Virus record (IMG/VR): IMGVR_UViG_649633043_000004
DNA from: an uncultured virus (IMG/VR IMGVR_UViG_649633043_000004)
Lineage: Duplodnaviria; Heunggongvirae; Uroviricota; Caudoviricetes
Length of the DNA stretch: 64,000 bases
Reading direction: 5' to 3' (one strand)
The notes below the pieces were generated by a model that saw nothing but the letters and a program-made list of their open reading frames with translations, made no database searches and was not told the origin of the DNA. A program made the translations under genes and the position numbers. Positions 9,123 to 17,479 of the stretch are shown here, in pieces; position 1 is the first letter of the stretch; each line of letters starts with the position of its first letter.

Positions 9123-9458
9123 TTATCCCTCCAATTCCTCTTTTTCGCTTAATAAAAAAAGCAGGTCACGTTTCATTTCTTCGAACTGTGAAATGATCGT
9201 GTTCAGATTTCTCTCGATGTCTTTCACCTGAACCTCGTTGATTTTCCCGTGGTTATAAGCGATTAGGCGCTCAGCAATGATATTGTAGCTCCAGCTGTCA
9301 GAGTATCGGTCGTCATTATGAATAGTAAAGCCTATGGGCAGCAAATCATTTCTCATGCCGATGCTTACAGCCATCGGGGCAATACCGAGGTAGTCTCCTG
9401 CAATCTTGCAAGTTATTTTCTTCATGTTTCTGATTTCTTCGTCCGTATATTTGGCCAT
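9123..9458 (-). CDS. Small Xis/MerR-like HTH DNA-binding protein
   Basis: ATG 9458 with RBS AAGGAGGTGA; ITCKIAGDYLGIAPMAVSIGMRNDLLPIG resembles phage winged-HTH proteins. Confidence 0.65.
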   Translation of the reverse strand: MAKYTDEEIRNMKKITCKIAGDYLGIAPMAVSIGMRNDLLPIGFTIHNDDRYSDSWSYNIIAERLIAYNHGKINEVQVKDIERNLNTIISQFEEMKRDLLFLLSEKEELEG

Positions 9459-9853
9459 ACGTTTCACCTCCTTCGTAATATTGATGCCGGCGCAGTCGAT
9501 AACTTATATGGCAGTGTTACCCCTGCACCAGTCTCCATAAGCTGCCACAACCATCCCAAAACTGATTGCTCGATATGGCAGAATGAATATCGGAAATTCC
9601 TTTATTCTTTACCATACAGCAGTTTGGAATCACGTCGGCATACGGTAAGACGTCTGAAATTCGGTCGGAGAGCAGTTTGTATTTTTGAATAGCCTTGAAC
9701 ATTGAGTCGAGCAGATCGCAGGCTTTTATGGCCTTCCAAGCACAGCCGCATTGAAGTTCTGGCGGGCTAAATTTGCCGTTCTCAATCTTCATAATAAAGG
9801 CTTTAAGTATGCATGGAACAGTCTTAAACAGCATTTTTTCACGAGTCGACCAC

Positions 9854-12800
9854 CTATATTTTCGACAACCGATCGTGAACAAGCGGCAATAATATTTTGT
9901 CGATCTCGCGTCTGAATTCCTCGTCCTCCAGATACTTCTCGCAGAATTCTTGGTTCTTTGCCATGCGTCCTAGAACCACATCCATAATGGTATTGTCGTA
10001 AATGATTTTAAAGAGATCGAGCGGGTTCTTAGAGCGCAAGACCATCTCTTGGTTATTGGACATGTCCTGAACGAATTGCTCCAAAACCTTATCCATTTCA
10101 GTGAAGTTCGTGCCAAGGCGTTCGTTTAGGCTTTGGATGATAGCGGATAAAGCCTCTTTTTCGTCTTCAATCGGCAATCCCGTGCTGGAGGTCTTACTCT
10201 TTAGAATGCCGTCCTCGTTCGCCAAAGCAATAGAGCCTTCAGCCACTTTCTGCACTCGATAATATTGGAGCATAACATCGCTGCCAATATCGGGTGTGCG
10301 CTCCGTATCACTTTTGGGCAGTTTGCGGAGCAAGCACTTGGCATAAGCATGGAACTTGTGTAGATTCTCATCGCCGAGGTTGATAATGTGCGTGAGAAAC
10401 GCATACAGGCGGATGAACTTTGCAAGTGCGCCTTTGAAGTCCATTTTATCCTGATCCTCGGTCAGGGCATTGTAGCGGTCGACAGCGGGGTCGATAAAAC
10501 CATTCAGCTTCGCAAGGTCAATGTTTCCCTGGTTCTTCGTTTCCTTAAAGAAAACCTTGGCGAAAGCCTCAATCTCGCTGTCACGGTAGAGCATAAAGCG
10601 ATCAAGGAAATTTTTGATGTCGTAGATGGTGTTCGGGTCTGTCGTTTCAGCCACGCCCGTCGCCTGATAATAATCCTGAAACGCCTTTTCGATGTCTTCG
10701 CGTGAGTTGACGAAGTCCAAGATGAAGGTCTCAGTCTTACCCTTACACGCGCGATTAACGCGGGAAATCGTCTGAACAGCCTTAATGCCCGTCAGTTTCT
10801 TATCCACATACATCGTGTGCAGAAGCGGCTGGTCGAAGCCCGTCTGATACTTTTCGGCGACAATCAAAAGCTGATATTCGGCGGTGTCGAATTTTTCCAC
10901 AGTCTCGCTATCCGGAAACTTGTTTAGGTTAGATTCCGTATACTCTTTGATTTCGCCGCTCACCTTGTCTTTGACCGTGCCAGAGAACGCCACCAAGATG
11001 CCCAAGTCATAGTGCATCTTTTTGATGTATCTCTGGAACTCGAAGAAATAGCGCACGGCGTGGAGGCGCGAACCCGTCACAAGCATAGCTTTCGCCTGCC
11101 CGCCGATGCGGTGCTGCACTTGACTGCGGAAATGCTCAATGATGACCTCCGCCTTCTGTGCGAGGTTGTGTGGGTGGAGGCTCATATATTTGCCGAGAGC
11201 CTTGTTCGCCAGATTCTTGCCATACACGGGGTCGTCGGCTATTTTCTTTCCAATTTGGAAGTAGGTTTCGTAGGTCGTATAGTTTTCAAGGACATTGAAA
11301 ATGAAATGCTCCTCGATGGCCTGTCTCATGCTATAGAGGTGGAACGGCTCCGGCTTGCCAGCGGCTGTCGTTTGCCCAAATATTTCCAGTGTCTTTTGTT
11401 TGGGCGTGGCGGTAAAAGCAAAGAACGAGAGGTTTGGCTGCTGACCATGTGCCGCCATTTCATCAGCGATAGCTTCGTCAAGGTCTTTTTCCTCGGCTTC
11501 GGCCTTTGCTTCTTCTACTGCAAACTCATGCAGTTTTTTTTCGACGACATCGTCACCCTGCAAAGAGATGTCCGCCAGAATCTCTTTCATACGCTTGCTT
11601 GCGTCGCCTGTTTGAGATGAGTGGGCCTCGTCCACGATAATAGCAAACCGCTTGCCCGTAGTGGATACCTTCTGCACATCGACAAACGGGAACTTCTGCA
11701 GGGTGCAGACGATGATTTTGTCGCCGTTGTTCAGCGCGGTGGTTAGCTGCTTTGAGTTCTTATCCACGAGGACGACCACGCCCGGCTTATGCTCCATGTT
11801 GTAAATATCGCGCTGGAGTTGTTTGTCGAGAACACGGCGATCAGTAATGACGATGATGCTGTGGAATATCACCTCGTCATGTATATCATGCAGGTTCGCC
11901 AAGTGGTGAGCAAGCCAAGCGATGGAGTTCGATTTGCCCGAACCTGCCGAATGCTGAATCAGATAGTTCTTGCCCGACCCGTTGGCGTAAGCATCCGCCA
12001 CCAATTTACGGACTGCGTCCAACTGGTGGTAACGCGGAAATATCAATTTTTCCTTGCCCTTGTCATCTTTCGAGACCTGCACGAAGCGGTGCAGAATGTC
12101 CAGAATGCTATCCCTTTGCAGTATCTCTTTCCATAAGTACGCCGTGCGATAATCACCGCCCTCGGCGACAGGATTGCCCGCTCCGTGGTCTTCGGTTCCC
12201 TTATTGAAAGGTATGAAGGTGGTATCAAGTTTGCGAAGCCAAGTGGTCATCCAGACTTCTTCGGTGTCCACGGCAAAATGCACAATAGCCCGCTTTTTGA
12301 AAGCAAGCAGAAGTTCACGCGGGTCACGATCGTTTTCATACTGCGTGATGGCATTTCGATACGTCTGCCCTGTGAGCGGATTTTTGAGCTCTATGGTGAT
12401 TATCGGCAGCCCGTTCAGAAAGATAACGGTGTCGATAGAGTTCTCGTTTTGCAGGCTGTACTTGACCTGCCGCGTTATCTGCAGGACGTTCTTGGCGTAG
12501 AGAGCCGTTAAGCTCTGATTCATGCCGCTGCCCGGCTTAAAGTAAGCAAGCCGCACGGAGATGCCAAGGTCCACCACACCGTGGCGAAGCACGTCAATCA
12601 TGCCGCGAGAGTTCAGTTCCGAATTAAGACGTTTGAAGAATTCCGCTTCGGCAGAGACTTCCGAGCCGTGACGCCTGCAAAGCCCCTGCCATTCGTCAGG
12701 CTGAGTGTCTTTGATAAACGCCAGAATCGCCCCTTTATCCAATGCAAGTTTGCGGTCAAAATCGACGGGATTGCCCTTCTTGTAGCGGTCGGCTTCGACT

Positions 12801-12865
12801 GCACCCTCAGTGAGCCACCATTCTATCTCTTGTTCGAAGTTGCGCTCTTTTGTCTGAATTGCCAT
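9854..12865 (-). CDS. hsdR: Type I restriction endonuclease subunit R (resident system)
   Basis: IDTVIFLNGLPIITIELKN nuclease motif, HSAGSGKS, DEAH, FTATPK, TGFDQP, QTISRVNR. Confidence 0.95.
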   Translation of the reverse strand: MAIQTKERNFEQEIEWWLTEGAVEADRYKKGNPVDFDRKLALDKGAILAFIKDTQPDEWQGLCRRHGSEVSAEAEFFKRLNSELNSRGMIDVLRHGVVDLGISVRLAYFKPGSGMNQSLTALYAKNVLQITRQVKYSLQNENSIDTVIFLNGLPIITIELKNPLTGQTYRNAITQYENDRDPRELLLAFKKRAIVHFAVDTEEVWMTTWLRKLDTTFIPFNKGTEDHGAGNPVAEGGDYRTAYLWKEILQRDSILDILHRFVQVSKDDKGKEKLIFPRYHQLDAVRKLVADAYANGSGKNYLIQHSAGSGKSNSIAWLAHHLANLHDIHDEVIFHSIIVITDRRVLDKQLQRDIYNMEHKPGVVVLVDKNSKQLTTALNNGDKIIVCTLQKFPFVDVQKVSTTGKRFAIIVDEAHSSQTGDASKRMKEILADISLQGDDVVEKKLHEFAVEEAKAEAEEKDLDEAIADEMAAHGQQPNLSFFAFTATPKQKTLEIFGQTTAAGKPEPFHLYSMRQAIEEHFIFNVLENYTTYETYFQIGKKIADDPVYGKNLANKALGKYMSLHPHNLAQKAEVIIEHFRSQVQHRIGGQAKAMLVTGSRLHAVRYFFEFQRYIKKMHYDLGILVAFSGTVKDKVSGEIKEYTESNLNKFPDSETVEKFDTAEYQLLIVAEKYQTGFDQPLLHTMYVDKKLTGIKAVQTISRVNRACKGKTETFILDFVNSREDIEKAFQDYYQATGVAETTDPNTIYDIKNFLDRFMLYRDSEIEAFAKVFFKETKNQGNIDLAKLNGFIDPAVDRYNALTEDQDKMDFKGALAKFIRLYAFLTHIINLGDENLHKFHAYAKCLLRKLPKSDTERTPDIGSDVMLQYYRVQKVAEGSIALANEDGILKSKTSSTGLPIEDEKEALSAIIQSLNERLGTNFTEMDKVLEQFVQDMSNNQEMVLRSKNPLDLFKIIYDNTIMDVVLGRMAKNQEFCEKYLEDEEFRREIDKILLPLVHDRLSKI

Positions 12866-12869
12866 AGCC

Positions 12870-14924
12870 TTATCCCTCCCGACTGATTTTATCTTCTATG
12901 TAGGCAATAATTTTTTCTTGCGTAGGTATTGGGGGCACAAGTATTGGCAGCATCTTGAAATCGCTGTACTTCAAGGATTGCCGCACCCCACCGCCAAGGG
13001 TATAAAACACCTTTTTTAGGTCATATGCGTGGAGCAGATAGGCAAAGTATCTGGGTAATATCCGTCCGTCATGAACTACTAAGCTAAGATAGGCGGATGT
13101 AATAATGCCAGTTTCCTTCACATATCCTGTGCGAAGACTTCGTTTGTCATTTTGTAGGTCGGTCAAACGTAGAACAACATATCCCGGCTCAACTATCTGG
13201 TAACCCTCGAAGCTTGCAGGAAGCAAGCCAGTGTTGGTTTCGATGTCTTTCTGGATTATTCGACCATAACTTAGGCTAAGAAGATTTTCAGACAGCATTT
13301 CCGTGTTCTTAGTATTATTTTCGTGCGCTATTGCTCGCAGAGGGAAAACTTCCCAGTCACATGGGATTTCACCAACCCAATCAATGCCACTGCTTTTGCA
13401 CGACAAAGCTGTATCTAAGCCATGGGTAGTGATGTTAATTATTAGCTGGCGTTTGTAAGTCTCAAGCATTTCCGCCTGCTGCAAAAAGTCAGAAATCAAG
13501 GCATCGATATTGGAATCCTTCTCCTGGTCGAAAAGCCCGTTAATAGCGATTTGAATCTTTTGGCCTAACGACTGTATTTTTCGCAAAGTTCCATCGGCGT
13601 TTCCAAGTTCCTCAAAACTGCTGAAAAACCGTGCAAACGGAATCTCGTAGCCTTTCTTGGTCTTGCTCTCGTCCACCCAAGCGTCCGGCGCATAGGGAAG
13701 CACCTCCCGCTGGACGTAGGCGGCGATGTCATCCTTGAATGGAATCTGCTCGGTGTCGCGCAGGTCAGTGTCGGGTTCGGGGTTGCCTTTGGCGTCCGTG
13801 CAGATGTCGGCGGTTTCGTCCTTTTCAGACAGCCCGGCAAGAACAGCTTTCAGGAGCGGTGCCTTCACGTCAAGCCCCGCTTTTTTAAACGCTTTATGGA
13901 GCAGTTTGCTGAACTCGGCACGATTCTTATAAAGCACAGCTCCGTCAAGTGTAGCAACAGCGGCAAGGGCGGCTTCTTGTTGCTTCTTACCTTCGGCGAC
14001 CTCGGCGTCGTGTTCGGCCGGTTTGCGCTTGCGGCTCGTGGCGAGGTTGGCGAACGCCGTCTGCTCACGGATGCGCTTGATGCGCTCTGCAGACGCTTGG
14101 AAGTTCAGCCGTAACGGACGCTCGACCGTTACTTTCCAATAAGCGAAGTCGTCTTCGTCAAATATCTTGCAGAACTCGCCCTCCACAAACTTGCCGTAGA
14201 TGCGGGTCAGTTCGTCCTTCTGCTCTTCGCTGATTAGCTTGCGTTTCTCGCCGAGGGGCTTTCGCATACGCTCGAAGAAGGACGTACCGTCAATCAACTG
14301 GATTTTGCCCTTGCGGACGCCTTTCTTGCGGTTGGTCACAATCCAGACATAGGTTAGGATGCCTGTATTGTAGAAAAGCTGGTCAGGTAGAGCGATGATA
14401 GTCTCCAGCCAGCCGTTCTCAATAATCCATCTGCGGATTTCGCTTTCACCGCTGCCTGCGTCGCCTGTGAAGAGCGGCGAACCGTTAAAAACGATAGCAA
14501 GTCGGCAACCGGTCAAGCCCTCCGCTTTTTCGTCGTACTCCATCATCTTGCTTATCATGTGTTGAAGAAAGAGGAGCGAGCCGTCCGACACACGGGGCAG
14601 CCCCGCACCAAAACGCCCGGCGAAGCCGCGCTCGTTCTCGTCGCGGATGAACTTCTCATACTTCTTCCACTCCACGCCGAAGGGCGGATTGCAGAGCATA
14701 TAGTGGAAGGTTTCATGCGGCAAAGCGTCTTCGGTAAAGCTGTTGCCAAGGTGGATGTTCTTATAGCCCTTGCCCTTTATCATCGTATCCGATTTACAGA
14801 TGGCATAGGTCTTTTCGTTCAGTTCCTGCCCGTACACCTCAATGAGAGCCTGATTGTTCAGTTCGGTGGCGTACTCAATGCCCGCCGAAAGCATACCGCC
14901 CGTGCCTGCCGCCGGGTCTATCAA
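12870..14924 (-). pseudogene. hsdM: 5'-truncated type I methyltransferase fused to a single-TRD half HsdS
   Basis: Begins abruptly at motif I DPAAGTGG and lacks the ~200-aa N-terminal HsdM region; NPPF motif IV; C-terminus has IDALI...KSSGIDWVGEIPCDW, one TRD and PPIPTQEKI. Confidence 0.85.
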
Positions 14925-14960
14925 GACCTCATCTTTGATACAATGCCCGTACGTGCTGTT

Positions 14961-14993
14961 AGCCCGGAAACCATGCTGTTTCTGGGCTTTTCT
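14961..14993 (+). terminator. Hairpin with T-tract near the putative att junction
   Basis: AGCCCGGAAA-ccatgctg-TTTCTGGGCT followed by TTTC. Confidence 0.45.
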
Positions 14994-15119
14994 GCTTTTC
15001 AGGGCATAGAGCGGGAGCGTGACTGTGGCCCTTGTATGTATATGTTGCTGTGGCTGCTGTAGTCAAAAGCGACACCCTCAATCTGCAATCGTTAAAAGGT
15101 ATGGCTACCGTTGAAAGGT

Positions 15120-17474
15120 TTAATCGGCGCTGTCGGTGTATCCGAAATGGTCTCTGACCTTCTGATGCGTCGTCTTATCATTAAGCATGTAGGCTACAAG
15201 CGGGACTGTCGTCATTCCCTTCTCCCAGTAGCCACCATTAATATCCGTCACATATTTCTTCCATGCAACTCCGATAAATACTTCCTTGTTGGGATCGAGT
15301 TTCTCCTTGGATTCCTCGGATTCCCACGGCGCGTCTGCAACAGGAGTTGAAGTGCCGTCGACCATCACCTTGAAGTTCTTCATCGGCACAGCGGTTGATG
15401 TGCATTCGCCAATACCTACAAAGCCATATCCAGCGATATGGCAATAAACCGTGTCTCCGACCTGAACGTTATAAATAGATTTCCCGCTGCCGCCAAGGTT
15501 CGCGGACAGGAATCCGTATTTCAGCGCGTCTGGCCAGCTTCTTTCTGCATAGCCGACTGTAAATTCACGGCCCTTCTCGTTCTTGAAGAAGTCCTTCTCA
15601 TCGTCATCGGCCCATCCACCAACGATTTCCTTAATGGCATCCGGATTCCAGATGTCACTTGCCATTCTCAGATAGATCTCAGCCCGGTCTGCGATGCTTT
15701 GCTTACTGAAGTCAGGAATCGCATGAAAGCCGTACTCGTTAACGACCGTGAGGAATTTCGGATTGTTCGTGTAAGCTGTGTCGTTCAACGCCTGAGCAAG
15801 GATGTTGTCTCCCATGTACTTCTGGACCTTCTCGGAGTATTTCATTGCCTGATAGCTTCTGTTCTTGTCTCGGGTGAGCAGGATCAGGTTTCCGATCTGA
15901 TTCCTGGTGGATTCGAAATCCTCGTAGTCGGTGAAGCTGTCCTCGTAGTCCTCGTACTTGTCCGGAAGGATATGCTCAATATCGTAAGTGTTTCCCTGAC
16001 GCTTGCGGTCAACGTACTCCTCGAAATGCGACGGATTGCCCATCAGCACATTCACATAGGAAGTGAAGCGCGCGAGGATGTGAAGCATGTAACGTCCGGA
16101 GAACCGGTTCAGACTGAACCTGGTGATTCCCTCGACGGTCACGTCCATACGGCGGAGTGTACGGACATAGACCATGCCGATCGTCTTACAGTCCTCATTG
16201 CGGATATCCTGCATCGCATGAAACAGCAAATACTTATTCGTGTTCCAGTTAACCTTCTTGAAATTCAGGATTCGGATGGTGGCAAAGTCGTCCACGAACT
16301 TTGCGGTCATCTGTATTTTCTTCTGTACGATGTCGTCCGTGTCGTCATTTTTAATGGCAGCGATGGCAAGCATGGTCTGGTAGGTCAGGTCGCGGTTTGC
16401 ATTGTAGAAGACCTCTTCATATCCGGGCGTCAGCTTGCTGCCATAGCCTTTCATCCGAAGATAGATATCAGTGACACGTGTCATTTCAGTGAGAACAAAT
16501 TCCTTGTAGTCCTTCGGCTTTACAAGGCCCATCGCCGTCCGGGCGTTGTTGCGTACCCAGGTATGGAACTTGTCTCCAAGAAGTTCGTAATCCTCATCTT
16601 TAGCGCCGCGCTTGGTATCTCGCATGGAATTTGCATATTTTGCGCGAAGCCAGATAGAGATGAATTCAACGTCCTGCGTATTCACCATGCCGCTCGTATC
16701 GTAAGAAGAGGCGTTCTTGATACGGTTGATGTTGTCCTGCCACTTCCGATTTACCTCAATGCGGTCAGCTTCTGCAACCTGCTGGATGATGTAAGCCTTC
16801 ATCATCTCGGCGCTGTTCAGACTCAGGCCTCGGTCATTCATTGTCAGGAAAATCGTGTGTGCTTCGTCGTCAGATGGTGTGTCGATCTCCAGCAGGAGGA
16901 CCTTCTCTATCAGCCAGTTAATAAAGTAAGGAAGCGCTTCTCCCTTCAGCTCGTCAGGGAAGATGTCCTCTATGTCCTGATACCGGTCAAGCATATTCTG
17001 TGAGCTCTCATTCACTGGCACATAATTCTCATCTTTTTGCAATAGAGCCTGCATGCAAGTCCCGCGGTCAGCCACATCGATATTGAAGCTCTTCTTACTG
17101 AAGGCCTTTGAATAGATCATGTCATCCAGCGGGACAAGGAGATCCTCATCCTTGACAGTTTCTTTTTGCAGGTTGTTCAGATAGATGATGAGAAGTGTTA
17201 GCGAGGTCAGACGCTGCTGGCCATCGATGATTTTCTTTACGGAACCGCCAGTACAGATAATGCATCCCATATAATAAAAGCCATAGTTCATGACTTCTTC
17301 CGGCGTATCATGATTATCCGGATCATAAAATTCCTCAAATGTGCTCTGGAAGTCGGCGAGCATCTGCTCAATCTGCTTCTGCCCCCACCGATATTCCCGC
17401 TGGAAATAATCGACGGTGTATTTGCGACCACTCAGAATTGTTTTGAGCGTGTCTGTTTTGTCAATTTTCTGCAT
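15120..17474 (-). CDS. gmrSD: GmrSD-family type IV restriction protein (DUF262 + DUF1524 HNH) with an extra C-terminal PUA/EVE-like domain
   Basis: FQREYRW, IIDGQQRLTSL, IFLTMNDRGLSL; IEHILP...NQIGNLILL...N; tail RSWPDALKYGFLSA...VGDTVYCHIAGYGFVGIG. Confidence 0.85.
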   Translation of the reverse strand: MQKIDKTDTLKTILSGRKYTVDYFQREYRWGQKQIEQMLADFQSTFEEFYDPDNHDTPEEVMNYGFYYMGCIICTGGSVKKIIDGQQRLTSLTLLIIYLNNLQKETVKDEDLLVPLDDMIYSKAFSKKSFNIDVADRGTCMQALLQKDENYVPVNESSQNMLDRYQDIEDIFPDELKGEALPYFINWLIEKVLLLEIDTPSDDEAHTIFLTMNDRGLSLNSAEMMKAYIIQQVAEADRIEVNRKWQDNINRIKNASSYDTSGMVNTQDVEFISIWLRAKYANSMRDTKRGAKDEDYELLGDKFHTWVRNNARTAMGLVKPKDYKEFVLTEMTRVTDIYLRMKGYGSKLTPGYEEVFYNANRDLTYQTMLAIAAIKNDDTDDIVQKKIQMTAKFVDDFATIRILNFKKVNWNTNKYLLFHAMQDIRNEDCKTIGMVYVRTLRRMDVTVEGITRFSLNRFSGRYMLHILARFTSYVNVLMGNPSHFEEYVDRKRQGNTYDIEHILPDKYEDYEDSFTDYEDFESTRNQIGNLILLTRDKNRSYQAMKYSEKVQKYMGDNILAQALNDTAYTNNPKFLTVVNEYGFHAIPDFSKQSIADRAEIYLRMASDIWNPDAIKEIVGGWADDDEKDFFKNEKGREFTVGYAERSWPDALKYGFLSANLGGSGKSIYNVQVGDTVYCHIAGYGFVGIGECTSTAVPMKNFKVMVDGTSTPVADAPWESEESKEKLDPNKEVFIGVAWKKYVTDINGGYWEKGMTTVPLVAYMLNDKTTHQKVRDHFGYTDSAD

Positions 17475-17479
17475 AGTCT

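Noticed and set aside
9517..9882. 121-aa minus-strand ORF downstream of hsdR
   Set aside because: No convincing RBS/start or recognisable motif; may be a decayed gene remnant, so not called
14922..14935. TTG restart rescuing the truncated hsdM
   Set aside because: GAGGT lies only 1 nt from the TTG, and the product would lack the N-terminal HsdM region; functional rescue is unlikely
15438..17003. 521-aa plus-strand ORF, and other long antisense ORFs (e.g. 1445-2437, 22029-22973, 36108-37400, 46688-47671)
   Set aside because: Shadow frames opposite well-supported genes, expected from GC-biased codon usage
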